This document shows positions 16,801 through 26,308 of a stretch of 33,096 nt of DNA, piece by piece; the stretch's first letter is position 1; the number at the start of each line of letters is the position of its first letter. This DNA comes from a virus (Duplodnaviria; Caudoviricetes). Made by a program: the position numbers and the translations under genes. Location of the stretch: positions 1 through 33,096 of IMG/VR virus record IMGVR_UViG_3300025671_000259; one strand, 5' to 3'. The notes under the pieces were generated by a model. That model was not told the origin of the DNA. It saw only the letters and a list, made by a program, of their open reading frames with translations, and ran no database searches.

Positions 16801-19800
16801 CAGCCGCTTTACCAACAATCCCAAGAAACTGCGCGACCTATGGGAAGCAACATCTGACGATGCACGCGCGGAAATGGAAGGCATCCCACCAGATGCCGCA
16901 CTAAACGAAGCTGGCTACGAAACAAGTCTTGGTCGCCCGATGAACCAAGTCGAGGCGCATTATATAGAGATCACAGCCGACACGACGCTGACCGAGAAAG
17001 AAACAGCGGCGATCCTATACGCAGCGAAGAAGGCAGACCACGTCAAAAAGATCGACGAGGTCACTGTAGCGGACGTTCTTTACTATGAGATGGCTCTGAA
17101 CAGCACACGCTGGCAGAAAAATATCAATGAACACCGTGCAATCGGCGAGGCGATCAAGTCACTCAACGACGTTATGAGCCGTGTCGCACCTGATGGCATC
17201 AAGTTGCCCAACGAAAAGCGCGTCGACGCTATGCGTAAGCTGGATGCAATCTTCGCAGGTGTTGGCTCTGACGAACTACAGCATGCGCGAGAGTTCATCA
17301 CACGCATGGGTGGCGACAGAGCGGTAGCGCCTGAACTTCGTACAACCACACCAAGACCCACGATGACGGGAGTGTATGAGTTCGGCATCCCATCTGCATC
17401 TAGTGGCGCAACTCGTGTTACCGACTTGGGTGTATCACAGCGTGTTGGCGTCGTCCCGACCCCAGCTAAGATGTATCCGAACCCACGTCTGATGACGTTC
17501 TACCATGAGATGGCACACTGGGCGTACTTCAACATTCTGACCCACAAAGATCGTGCCGACTTCTGGACGTCGATGGAAAAATACTACACCGACGACGGCA
17601 AGTTAGACCTTGATCTGCTCGTTGCGAGCGTTCCAAAGATCGACGAAAAGGGCGTGCCTCTTACCAATTCGCTCGAAGCACCAGCCGAACTGTTTGCTAA
17701 CCAGTTCGAAGTCTTCATGGCCAATAAGATTAAAGGCTATGCAACTGCATCCGAGAGCTACTGGCGTCGCGTAACAAACTACATCAAAGCAGTGTTCGAC
17801 CGCTACTTTGGTGGCGTGATGATCGACCCTGACCTAGAGCCGATGTTCGCAAAAATCCTACCAGACGAGGACAGCGGCGCATTCGCAATGGGCAAAGACG
17901 CAGTGGCCAAGACGGAAGCGGGCAAGACCTACAACCGTCGCTACGCACAGATCAAGATGGACCGACAAGACTTGAAGGATGCCATCTTCGATGACAGTCC
18001 TGAAGGCATAGTCAACGCATCGCGCACTATCGTCGAAACGCTGCTTACACTGGCACCTCGCGTACACATTGCGATGAAGCGTGGCACAACTGGCACTCTG
18101 ATGCCGCTAATCCCAATGCGCACCATGATCCGTCAACGCATTGACGACATCAGCGAAATCCTGTCAGGCAAACCGTTCGACTTTGACGCATACGATAAGG
18201 GCGAAATGCCTCGCTGGATGATCGACGAAGGTTTGACCGCCGTCGATGACCCAACGGAAGCCGCAGACATGCTGCGTGACTTCTACTTCAATGGCTATAA
18301 CGGAAAGTTCCAACCTTCCAACGGCATCCCTGCTGGCCCGAAAGGTCAGCCCATCAACAAGCAGTACACGTCTCTCGAAAAACTGTTCGACATGATGGAG
18401 AACCGTTTGGAAGCGGCGTACAAAAAAGCAGAAAGCGGAGACCTACCGCCAGAAGCTACGCCGAAGCTGGATACAGACGTTGAGCCGTCTGAAAGGCCGA
18501 ACCCAATTAAGCGGAAAGCTGCCAAGAAGAAGCAACGCATCGAGAAAGCAGCGGATGCAGCGGCGGCAGCCGTCACCAAGACGCCCGCAGCCAAGCGCAC
18601 AAGACGCAATCCAAAGTCTGGCCGCGTCGTTGACCCAGCATTCGCAGAGAGCTTGAAGACAAAAGAGCCAAACGAACTGCGCTCACTGTTCATTGAACAC
18701 AAAGGCACAGAGCGTGGCGATCAGGTCGCATTCGAGCTTATGCACCGCGTCAAATCGCAACCAGCATCTAGCTACAAAGAGGCTCGCATCACCAAAGAAA
18801 TCAAGGCGATGAAGTCTGACGAGCTTGAGGCGACATTCCTGAATGGCGTCGAGACTGGCGATGCGAACATGACAAACATGGCGATCACCGAGATGATGCG
18901 TCGCCAGATCAACAAACGTCGCAGAAAAGAAGGCTTGCAAATTATCCAGCCTCGCATTCTGAAGCGCGAAATCCTTCAGACAGAGATCGACGACAACGTC
19001 GGTCTGGCATCAAGCGATGGTGTGCCGCCCGCAGCGCGTGCATCTGTACGCGAATTGCTAGGTTACATCACGCACCGCGACCCAGAAATTCAGTACACAG
19101 CCCGCACCATGGCATATCGGATGCTGAACCTGATGGGCAAAACCTCGCGCAAGACGCTCGGTGAAGCCAATGTGATGACATCCGCAGACCTTGCACGTCT
19201 GGCAAACACTGACCCGAACACAGTGGGCAACGCTGCATTTGCAGACTTCCGCGCACCTGAGTTCCAAAAGCTGCGCAGTGACCTACGCCGCATGTCGATT
19301 GGCCTGAACAAAGGCAAGACAAACCCATTCGACATCATGCACGAGATTGGCCATGTCATGGTTCGCTCTGGTGTACTGGCAGACGACGAGATCGCAGCGA
19401 TCCGCGAAGCCTACACACTGGCAAACGACACCACCAAGAAGCGTATTCAGAACGCATATGCTGGCAAGTACGGTGGTCGCACTGAAAACCTAGACGATCT
19501 GCTCGCAGAAGAATGGTTCTCAGAAGGTTTGGCTTACTACATGGCGGAGCGTGTAGCCAAGGGCGACATCCTCGAAGCAGCACTTGATGGCAACATCGGC
19601 AACCTTCGCATGCGCAACTCATTCAGCCGTGCGATGGACAAGATGATTGAGTACATCGCCTACGTCTTAAACGGCATGGTTGGCCGCAACGACATCAAGC
19701 AGCAGTATCGCCGTTTGTTCTTGTTCGGCGACATGTTCCAGTCAGACGCAACTCCACCACTGGCCACAACGATCCGTCGCAAGAAGGGCGTGCATTCTTC

Positions 19801-22800
19801 ATACGCAGCGGATGCTGTGGCTGACCACATTGCGACCAGCCCATCTGCACGTCTGGCGAAGATACGAAACTTCGTCGGTGAAGGTATGAGCTACGACGGA
19901 GAAAGCGGCAGCTTCTTAGAGTTCTATCACGGAACTCCGAATGGCTGGGCGTTCAAGCGAAACACTAACCCAGACGTCGTCTTGGCGGGATCATCTCGCG
20001 GACAAAAGGGTCCAGGGGTTTACCTAACTCGCTCTGCTGCCGTCGCGTCTGAGGTATACTCTCGCAAGCCGACTTACGAGAACTTGCTAGGTCAGATCAA
20101 CAGACTGGTTGAGGAAGGCAAGATCGACGAAGAGACATCTGTCTACATGGTTGACGCTGCTCGTGACCTCATCAACACACGTCTGGCTCTATCGAAAGCA
20201 CGTCGTAAATACTCTGAGTTCACGCAGTTCAACCAAGAGAAAGCGAAGCGTGACCTTATTAAAGAGCGCATCGACTACTTCGTTGACGAGGAACAGGAAC
20301 TTAACGAGTACCTGATCGAGCGCGGTCTTCTGGTCGAGCCAATGGTTATCCCGACATTCGTGCGTGTGATGAACCCTGCGGACTTCCGCACCAGAACAAT
20401 CTACCAGCCGAACCAAGCTGGCATCCCATCGCCAATGGCTAAGATATTCATCGACCATGGCGACATGATGCAAATCTTCAGACCGACTGCTCTGGACAGC
20501 TTTTCTCGTGACGCGTCTTCACGTCGATTAGACGGCGAGGAAATGTATCAGCGTATCGTTCAACTCTACACCGACAGTGGCTTCAGCAAGGAAGAAGGTC
20601 AGCGCATGCTGAACGAAGTCCTTGACGACAATGGCTACGACGGCATTCGCTCTACACACCGCAACAGCCTTGGCATTCAGGGTACAGAGCAGATGCCGAA
20701 CGGCGACTTCTACGAAGCGTCGATGACTGAGTATGAAGCTCTGACTGTGTTCGACACATCCAACGTCAAGCATGTGGATGCCGACGAGTTTGACGATTTC
20801 GACGACCGTCTATTCTACCGTGCCTCTGAGGCTATGCCTCGCGGCACTGCTGGCTCTGTCACTGAAGCGATTATGAACCGCGCCATCGACAAGACATCTG
20901 ACATCAACCCTGCCTCTCTTGGCGAGGTAATGGAAGGTGACGGCGTGAGTTCGCCAATGACATCGGCAATCATGTCGATGATCCGAGGTCGCAAGCTAGA
21001 CGTCAAAGAAGAACAAGCGATGCGCAAGACGTCACCGTTCTGGTGGTTACAGTCGCAGTCAACTCGCATGTCTGATCTTGGCGCAAACTGGGTGGCGAAG
21101 TGGTATAAAAACAACTTCCCATCCTTGCATCAGAAGTTTGCATCTAAATACTTCCCGATCCACCACCAGCTTCGTGCGCTGCCAGACGCTGACGGCAAGG
21201 TCCGCGCATGGGCGCGTGCTGCATCTGGCAACGTCGGGCAGCAACAACCGAAGTCATACCAGCGTATCGTGAAGGCGCTGCGTCGTGGCTACGACAAAGA
21301 CGGAAACGAAACCCGTTACGTCAAAAACCTCAACGAGCAGGAGCGTAAGGTCTGGAACCAAATCCGTAACGCACTGTCTGCCGAGCGCGATGAGATGATC
21401 GCCAAAGGTATGTACGTCGGAGACCGTGGCCCGAACTACCTGCCACAAGTTTGGAACAAGGAGAAAATTCGTGACAACAAGCAAGAGTTTCTTGCCTCAA
21501 TGGCTGACTACTTCCGCATGGAAAAAACGGCGCATGGTGTTCTCGATTATACTGACGAACAGGCTGCTGATTTTGCGAATGGATTGTTTGAGACTTTGGC
21601 TGAAGATGGGGCAGATGGCGTCTTCATTCCGATCCAAGGTGGCTCGCGCAATCCGAAGTTTGACAACGTAGACTTCAGCCGTGTCATCGAACTAGAGAAG
21701 TATCCTGCCGCAATGGACAGCCTAGAGAAGTTCCTTGAGGACGATCTCGAAGCATTGCTGGTTAAATACTTCGAAGGTTCATCGCGTCGCATCAACCATG
21801 CGGAGCAAATGGGCATCAATAGCCACGCGTTCTACGACTACATTCTGGCCGCAGATGCAGGTCGAGAAGGGATCATCCGCCTGCTGACAACAGCGAAGGA
21901 CTTCCGCAAGGACATCCGAGCAATCAGCGAGACAGGATACCCAGAATACGCGCAGCTATCAGACGTCGTTCGTATGCCATTCGAAGGCAAAGACGCAGAC
22001 GCTGGACGCTTCGTCGACGACTTGATGCGCACCCATGCCGAGCAAGGTGAAGGTGCGGCACGCAAGATGCTCGAAACAGTTGCGCCTCGTGACCCAGACG
22101 GCAACATCGCTCTGGCTTACAAGCGCCGCTCAGACGCAATCATCGGCGCACTGACTGACTTCAAAGGTCAGAAGGTAAACTGGAAGCCAAGCGACTTTGA
22201 GTTCATGGAGAACTCGATGCGCGTCGCAATGAAGAAGCCTCAGACAGGCACTGGCTCTCGCGGCATGATGAACTTCAGCCGCGCAATGCGCAGCTTCAAC
22301 AGCGTCACTCTACTTGGCTTCACAACTCTGACGTCTTTGGGTGACTTGGTGCTACCAATCATCCGCTCTGGCTCATTCTCTGACTGGGCGAAGGGCGTAC
22401 ACAAGTGGAAGTCTGACCCAGAATACGCGCAGTTCATTCACGATACTGGCGTCGCAATGGAGAACATCGTCCACGAGCGCATGGTTCACATGTATGGTGC
22501 GGTCGATGGAAAGCTGACCAACGCATTCTTCAACGCAACAATGCTAACGCCTTGGACTGACATGAACCGTCAGATCGCAGGTGCTACTGGCTACGAAGCG
22601 ATGAAGACCATGCAGCGTAAGGCTCGCAAGCATTACAAAGACGGGCTTCCAATCGGCGAGCAGCCTGTTCAGTACAAGACAGCAGCACGCTTCTTGAATG
22701 GCTATGGACTGGGCGATTACTTGCCGAGCGGTGTGAAGAAAGACATCAGTCTTGGCGACCGCAAGTTGATGGCTGGCGATCCTGCACTTGGTCAGGCGAT

Positions 22801-23518
22801 GATTAAGTTCGCAGACGAAGCGATCTTCCAGCCGAACCCGAACGACATCCCACTCTGGGCGCAAACGCCTTGGGGTTCGATGCTGTTCCAACTGAAGTCA
22901 TTCCCACTAATGATGACGCGTCTTGGCGGACACGTCGTGGATGAAGCCATGAAGGGCAACGTAAAGCCTCTGGCATACTTCGCAACACTTGGCCCTGCAT
23001 TCGGTATGGGTGCGCTGGCTGCGAAAGACATCATCCAGATGCGTGGTGGCGACGACGAGCGTAGTCCAGAGCTACGGCGCCGCAACATCCTGAAGGTTCT
23101 TGGCTACGACGAGAAGGTCCACGGCAACGAGCAAGACTTCCTTGGCTGGTATGTCGAAGGGATGATGATGATGGGTGGCCTCGGTCTTATCGGGGACGTC
23201 ATGCACAGCGCAGTCACTCAGGTGGACAACGGTGCATACGGTAAAATCCGCATCGCCTCCACAGTAGCGGGTCCATCATTCGGTGCGTTTATGTCAGCGG
23301 TCGATGTGGCTGCTGGCGGCAAAGACGCAGTGATTGGTGGCGACAACAGCAACGCAAAAGAACGGTCAGCCGTCCGAGAGATGGCCACACGCATTCCTGT
23401 CGTTGGCGGCATCAGAGCCGCACGCGAAGGAATTGTCGATACTCTGGCAGGTGAGCCAGACAGCGGCAGACGCAAGCGCAACCCATGGCAATCAAGCTGG
23501 AGTAGCGGTTGGGAATAA
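13895..23518 (+). CDS. Giant polyvalent internal virion protein (3207 aa): two HExxH zincin-like modules, ADP-ribosyltransferase-like module, ejection-protein-like C-terminus
   Basis: GGAGA SD before ATG 13895; FYHEMAHW (~17498) with ELFANQF; IMHEIGHV (~19334) with EEWFSE; FYHGT/GPGVYLT/GYDGI/VFDTSNVK (19922-20775); FQLKSFP near C-terminus; no Cys seen. Confidence 0.8.
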   Translation: MSKYLPEAPALIDPNTVTQTQNVDYLSNTGGADLLRSPAFLNDLRQHYESKGVRFLTEEELIDRFYSDNTWDDLNTVSAISSAAEAATAGSDEKQRLNRLQQAWRSLPNFWQEGGRGFLSAAGDAAGAIIADPINLIPGVNAYAKATTAARAATAAGRSATRAGVTAGARSGALSEAAISGGQEAIVNAANQTRDIQLGLRDNFSTGELAGATAIGAGLGGTVGGAIGAGAGALASRTGAQQAQNLGRLGYSPEEIGGMSNQEAQRRIPAEMPDFQMPAPRQADEAAEDTPELTPEQQRDAKWQEQTARATAIRDALRDRVDELRADGADPDVIEAMQQRLEAATRLIPMTQRLAKEEADIINFGGTNDSQQRARHSRRTKEYERDFSEWRELVSTVEDASDVDAVNARIDDIQARIEADRAQEAEAAAETPPEAAADEAVATGGEDAPSPDGPDAAASPIETSPTTEPLDGAAPEAEGFPEFKYRSDAQRDSVRSLLEQAELSEYDLSVMVSNGEIKVSKRGNVLTQQSVKDLRAKLKPTIDELAARKTDDELPSAAGPDPVAVETPAPKQDVSTDPLRGQALFAGIDPNGITPPKRSKTGKVTKAQVNKAIAARAPDAEPDAYAAQVRQELDDALDLIGAEEDLDALRQAVAMLARSSKSEDADILALFDHLTDIMPDDGPEVSLGSIDFTKTEIKKIERRAKELRRQQPGMGADLATEIATGEIRAQRGADTQAIRGTGDSIEDAKKFTTAGRNVAGRIQGFLRRGTPIEKGSEYTTTRDMRVKRSEFGFEAALIEARSGKGPDVVAYTTLGPETIMTRTGKVQVPKGTVAYADGYTRRAYDSMELALEARGDGRKDRSMPKVTDTGPTQNNIKKLLDEFGDDPEAFRRALQAVRDGGTTAKAPAIEKLPLVRGAKLAIAKHKTRKGKNGGPLIRMVDPKQADAGKNISAVLGKDLDGWEVKYADRSRFTNNPKKLRDLWEATSDDARAEMEGIPPDAALNEAGYETSLGRPMNQVEAHYIEITADTTLTEKETAAILYAAKKADHVKKIDEVTVADVLYYEMALNSTRWQKNINEHRAIGEAIKSLNDVMSRVAPDGIKLPNEKRVDAMRKLDAIFAGVGSDELQHAREFITRMGGDRAVAPELRTTTPRPTMTGVYEFGIPSASSGATRVTDLGVSQRVGVVPTPAKMYPNPRLMTFYHEMAHWAYFNILTHKDRADFWTSMEKYYTDDGKLDLDLLVASVPKIDEKGVPLTNSLEAPAELFANQFEVFMANKIKGYATASESYWRRVTNYIKAVFDRYFGGVMIDPDLEPMFAKILPDEDSGAFAMGKDAVAKTEAGKTYNRRYAQIKMDRQDLKDAIFDDSPEGIVNASRTIVETLLTLAPRVHIAMKRGTTGTLMPLIPMRTMIRQRIDDISEILSGKPFDFDAYDKGEMPRWMIDEGLTAVDDPTEAADMLRDFYFNGYNGKFQPSNGIPAGPKGQPINKQYTSLEKLFDMMENRLEAAYKKAESGDLPPEATPKLDTDVEPSERPNPIKRKAAKKKQRIEKAADAAAAAVTKTPAAKRTRRNPKSGRVVDPAFAESLKTKEPNELRSLFIEHKGTERGDQVAFELMHRVKSQPASSYKEARITKEIKAMKSDELEATFLNGVETGDANMTNMAITEMMRRQINKRRRKEGLQIIQPRILKREILQTEIDDNVGLASSDGVPPAARASVRELLGYITHRDPEIQYTARTMAYRMLNLMGKTSRKTLGEANVMTSADLARLANTDPNTVGNAAFADFRAPEFQKLRSDLRRMSIGLNKGKTNPFDIMHEIGHVMVRSGVLADDEIAAIREAYTLANDTTKKRIQNAYAGKYGGRTENLDDLLAEEWFSEGLAYYMAERVAKGDILEAALDGNIGNLRMRNSFSRAMDKMIEYIAYVLNGMVGRNDIKQQYRRLFLFGDMFQSDATPPLATTIRRKKGVHSSYAADAVADHIATSPSARLAKIRNFVGEGMSYDGESGSFLEFYHGTPNGWAFKRNTNPDVVLAGSSRGQKGPGVYLTRSAAVASEVYSRKPTYENLLGQINRLVEEGKIDEETSVYMVDAARDLINTRLALSKARRKYSEFTQFNQEKAKRDLIKERIDYFVDEEQELNEYLIERGLLVEPMVIPTFVRVMNPADFRTRTIYQPNQAGIPSPMAKIFIDHGDMMQIFRPTALDSFSRDASSRRLDGEEMYQRIVQLYTDSGFSKEEGQRMLNEVLDDNGYDGIRSTHRNSLGIQGTEQMPNGDFYEASMTEYEALTVFDTSNVKHVDADEFDDFDDRLFYRASEAMPRGTAGSVTEAIMNRAIDKTSDINPASLGEVMEGDGVSSPMTSAIMSMIRGRKLDVKEEQAMRKTSPFWWLQSQSTRMSDLGANWVAKWYKNNFPSLHQKFASKYFPIHHQLRALPDADGKVRAWARAASGNVGQQQPKSYQRIVKALRRGYDKDGNETRYVKNLNEQERKVWNQIRNALSAERDEMIAKGMYVGDRGPNYLPQVWNKEKIRDNKQEFLASMADYFRMEKTAHGVLDYTDEQAADFANGLFETLAEDGADGVFIPIQGGSRNPKFDNVDFSRVIELEKYPAAMDSLEKFLEDDLEALLVKYFEGSSRRINHAEQMGINSHAFYDYILAADAGREGIIRLLTTAKDFRKDIRAISETGYPEYAQLSDVVRMPFEGKDADAGRFVDDLMRTHAEQGEGAARKMLETVAPRDPDGNIALAYKRRSDAIIGALTDFKGQKVNWKPSDFEFMENSMRVAMKKPQTGTGSRGMMNFSRAMRSFNSVTLLGFTTLTSLGDLVLPIIRSGSFSDWAKGVHKWKSDPEYAQFIHDTGVAMENIVHERMVHMYGAVDGKLTNAFFNATMLTPWTDMNRQIAGATGYEAMKTMQRKARKHYKDGLPIGEQPVQYKTAARFLNGYGLGDYLPSGVKKDISLGDRKLMAGDPALGQAMIKFADEAIFQPNPNDIPLWAQTPWGSMLFQLKSFPLMMTRLGGHVVDEAMKGNVKPLAYFATLGPAFGMGALAAKDIIQMRGGDDERSPELRRRNILKVLGYDEKVHGNEQDFLGWYVEGMMMMGGLGLIGDVMHSAVTQVDNGAYGKIRIASTVAGPSFGAFMSAVDVAAGGKDAVIGGDNSNAKERSAVREMATRIPVVGGIRAAREGIVDTLAGEPDSGRRKRNPWQSSWSSGWE

Positions 23519-23536
23519 GGAGCAAAGGAGCAACTG

Positions 23537-23929
23537 ATGCTACAAGCACTCATCGGTCCTGTAACTGGCTTGTTGGACAAGTTCATTGAGGACAAAGACC
23601 AAAGGGCGCAACTCGCCCACGAAATAGCAACCATGGCGGAGCGTCACGCGCACGAAGCCGCCATGGCTCAGATCGACGTAAACAAACAAGAAGCTCAACA
23701 CCGATCCGTCTGGGTCGCTGGTTGGCGACCTGCATGCGGATGGCTTTGCGCTGCCGCAATGGGCGCACACTTCGTGATCTTCCCGACAATCGCCGTCGTA
23801 GCGACGGCGTTCGGACAGACGGTCGACTTCCCAGAGTTTGACATGAACAGCTTGATGACCGTCTTGCTTGGCATGCTGGGTCTTGGCGGTCTTCGCAGCT
23901 TCGAGAAAAGCAAGGGGGTTGCGAAGTAA
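23537..23929 (+). CDS. Holin (3TM, GTA-holin-like family)
   Basis: LIGPVTGLLDKFIEDKD, AGWRP..GW and LLGMLGLGGLRSFEK.KG motifs; AAGGAG SD. Confidence 0.88.
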   Translation: MLQALIGPVTGLLDKFIEDKDQRAQLAHEIATMAERHAHEAAMAQIDVNKQEAQHRSVWVAGWRPACGWLCAAAMGAHFVIFPTIAVVATAFGQTVDFPEFDMNSLMTVLLGMLGLGGLRSFEKSKGVAK

Positions 23930-24429
23930 TGCCTGACTTTGGCGACATCAAGAACATAATTGCTGCGGTGGGTGCGCTCATCGCTGCAATATCTGGTGGA
24001 GCTACATTGTCTGGCAAGTTCGGGTGGGATTGGTTCGACCGTCCTGTACTCGAATGGCACCCAGAGCAGTTCAACGTCTTCGATGGCTGGATCGACGAAG
24101 GTTTCAAGGTCGTCGTCGCACGGCAAAAGCTACGCGACGATTGTGAAGTCACTGGCTTCCGCGTGGAACTTCGCGACAGCGAGTATATCGTACACCCACT
24201 GACCCCATCAGTAGCGAAGTTTAGTGGGCCAGCAAGCGAGAACGTCGACCTATTTGGATACCGCGTCTACCTCCCTGAGATGCACGCAGAAAAGGTGGCG
24301 ATTGGAGAGGCAACTCTTCTTGGCCAGATTAAGTACGCATGCCCAGAAGGCGAGCAAATCGTGACCTATCCATCTCACCCAAATCTCACATTCAATATAC
24401 TAGGAGTAAGCAGCGATGAGACACATTGA
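23929..24429 (+). CDS. Single-TM protein with Cys-pair soluble domain, in lysis cassette
   Basis: N-terminal hydrophobic helix IIAAVGALIAAISGG; two Cys; coupled to holin, overlaps endolysin start. Confidence 0.7.
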   Translation: MPDFGDIKNIIAAVGALIAAISGGATLSGKFGWDWFDRPVLEWHPEQFNVFDGWIDEGFKVVVARQKLRDDCEVTGFRVELRDSEYIVHPLTPSVAKFSGPASENVDLFGYRVYLPEMHAEKVAIGEATLLGQIKYACPEGEQIVTYPSHPNLTFNILGVSSDETH

Positions 24430-24844
24430 TGAGATCGTAATTCACTGCACAGCCACAAACCCAAGCTGGTATGCAGACAAGAGTGCGCAAGATGTTGCGC
24501 AAGAAATCCGCAGATGGCACACGCAAGAACGTAAATGGAGCGACATTGGCTACCATTTTATCGTACATCGTAATGGGGAGGTCGCAACTGGTCGCCCTGT
24601 CTCGCGTTCAGGTGCGCACGTCGCAGGACATAACAAAAATACGATTGGCGTTAGCTTGGTCGGTGGTCGTGGCGGCTGCTCAGACGACAGCTTCCTCGAC
24701 AACTTCACGGAAGAGCAGGAGAAAGCACTGCGTGAACTGATCGAAGACCTAAAGAAAGACCACAAGACCATCACAAAGGTGACAGGCCACAACGACTATG
24801 CGTCAAAGGCTTGCCCCTGTTTTGATGTCGATGAGTGGTACTAG
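24416..24844 (+). CDS. Endolysin, N-acetylmuramoyl-L-alanine amidase (T7 lysozyme-like, Amidase_2)
   Basis: IVIHCTA, IGYHF, GAHVAGHN and GHND..KACPCF zinc-amidase motifs. Confidence 0.93.
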   Translation: MRHIDEIVIHCTATNPSWYADKSAQDVAQEIRRWHTQERKWSDIGYHFIVHRNGEVATGRPVSRSGAHVAGHNKNTIGVSLVGGRGGCSDDSFLDNFTEEQEKALRELIEDLKKDHKTITKVTGHNDYASKACPCFDVDEWY

Positions 24845-25167
24845 CGTTTCTTTAATATTTCATCGAGGCGGGACTGACGTTCTGCCTCGTTACTTACGAA
24901 CTCACCACCGAGGGCGCTGTATCCACATTTGTCGATCCAACTATCCTCATGGCCCAGAGAGTTCAAAAGTCTTGACGTCTTCATCCAGTCAAGCATCAGA
25001 GCAACGTGCTGTGCTGTGAGGTATCCGTGAGACGTAAGCGCAGATTTAAGGATAATGTTCCACCCTTCCGCAATGCGCTCGAAGTTTTCATGTGCGTCGC
25101 CATAGTCTTGAGCGCGTTGGCCATTGATATACTCGTTCGCCTTCTCTAGGATTTCATCCCTCTTCAT
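24841..25167 (-). CDS. DUF6378-like protein (108 aa)
   Basis: EILEKA..INGQRAQDYG..ENFERIA..W..KTSR..DSWIDKCGY pattern; GAGGTG SD before ATG 25167. Confidence 0.8.
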   Translation of the reverse strand: MKRDEILEKANEYINGQRAQDYGDAHENFERIAEGWNIILKSALTSHGYLTAQHVALMLDWMKTSRLLNSLGHEDSWIDKCGYSALGGEFVSNEAERQSRLDEILKKR

Positions 25168-25459
25168 CGTCACGCACCTCGTAGTCGACAAGCCATTTGA
25201 ACCGCATCTTCAGCGCATCAATGTCCGCCTCGACAAGACGCACATCATGCTTCCTGTTTGAAATATCTGCACGCACCCGCTTACGTTTGTCTCGCGCCTT
25301 TGCAATCTCGTCCGAATTGCGAGGTCTTGCGTCTTGCAGTTCCTCGATCCGCTCGGAGATGCTGGTCACTTCGTCTTCCATATCGTTGACGTGCTTCAGA
25401 ATACTAGATCGTTTCTGTGATAGCTTCGTAAATTCTTCCAAAATATCCGTAAACTTCAT
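25154..25459 (-). CDS. Coiled-coil hypothetical protein (101 aa; start MKFTDILEEF)
   Basis: AAGGA SD just after nuclease stop; heptad-rich; the longer 194-aa call overlaps the nuclease gene. Confidence 0.7.
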   Translation of the reverse strand: MKFTDILEEFTKLSQKRSSILKHVNDMEDEVTSISERIEELQDARPRNSDEIAKARDKRKRVRADISNRKHDVRLVEADIDALKMRFKWLVDYEVRDDEEG

Positions 25460-25463
25460 GCGG

Positions 25464-26285
25464 TTATTCCTTCGGCAATGGCTCGTATGTTTCATAGTCT
25501 GCACAAGGGCCATTGGCTTCTTTGTCATGCTTGTCGCAATGCCACGCTCCACTAGGATGGGCTGAAGAAAAGCGGCATGTTCCGCATCGTACTGGAATGT
25601 CCATGCCTTCCCAACATACGCCACGCTTGAAGCATCCGCGACATCTCCAATCAGTCCCGTCGTCGCTGATCTTTCTGGCTTTTCCAAGGACAACACGTTC
25701 GATGCGTTCCTTGATGTGTGCAAATTCAAATTCGTCATAGTCTACTAGCTCCGCATGGTATTCGCAGTTGTTCTTATTGATGGCGATGAACAAGGTCTGC
25801 GTCATATCGGACATGCCCATCATCATTTGGACCTGCCCGAAATACTGTGGGTGAGATGACTTCACCCCATTTTTCTTAAACTTATTGAAGCTCGCATCGT
25901 TCATGGATTTAATTTCCAAGACGCGCACGATGCCATCGTCAAGCTCGACGTGGCCATCCATATGACAGACGATGTGTCCGCCCCATGCTTCGTATGTATG
26001 CTGTCTGTTTGTTAAGCCGTCTACTTCCCAGACGCGGATGTCTGCTTTCTTCTTGAGGTCTTTTACGACTTCGTCTTCGAGGATGTGGCCCAACTGGAAT
26101 ATTCGCTTGAGGCGAGGGTCTGGCTCCACATTAGGAAATCCGCGTAAGTTGTACGCGATTGCGGCGTCGCATGCGTTTCCGATGATGGACGCGCCGATAT
26201 ACTCTCTGGCTCTTTCTTCTCGTTTGGCATTGTCGTACCCTTCGTCAATGGCGAAAACGACTTCTTCTGCTGTCTTTACCTGCAC
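25464..26285 (-). CDS. PD-(D/E)xK exonuclease, Cas4/YqaJ-like, with Cys clusters
   Basis: GASIIGNAC, GHILE, HMDG, EIKS, QVQMMM, CRGCFKRGVC and a further CGTC..C..C cluster; GTG start. Confidence 0.85.
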   Translation of the reverse strand: MQVKTAEEVVFAIDEGYDNAKREERAREYIGASIIGNACDAAIAYNLRGFPNVEPDPRLKRIFQLGHILEDEVVKDLKKKADIRVWEVDGLTNRQHTYEAWGGHIVCHMDGHVELDDGIVRVLEIKSMNDASFNKFKKNGVKSSHPQYFGQVQMMMGMSDMTQTLFIAINKNNCEYHAELVDYDEFEFAHIKERIERVVLGKARKISDDGTDWRCRGCFKRGVCWEGMDIPVRCGTCRFSSAHPSGAWHCDKHDKEANGPCADYETYEPLPKE

Positions 26286-26308
26286 TGCTTTGCCCTATTC
26301 TTGTTAGG

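Noticed and set aside
13895-23518. N4-like or crAss-like virion RNA polymerase (similar size, Cys-free)
   Set aside because: I could not find T7-type polymerase motifs or a DxDGD motif; the recognisable motifs are peptidase-like and ART-like. A profile search is needed to exclude it fully.
23960-24202. Embedded o-spanin lipoprotein in the +1 frame
   Set aside because: No hydrophobic signal peptide or lipobox, and no SD
36-24792. Many 60-250-aa minus-strand and alternate-frame ORFs in the ORF track
   Set aside because: Shadow ORFs of long genes with biased codon usage; S/R-rich composition and no RBS
25464-26285. CRISPR-Cas locus suggested by the Cas4-like gene
   Set aside because: No repeat-spacer array or other cas genes; the context is a phage recombination operon
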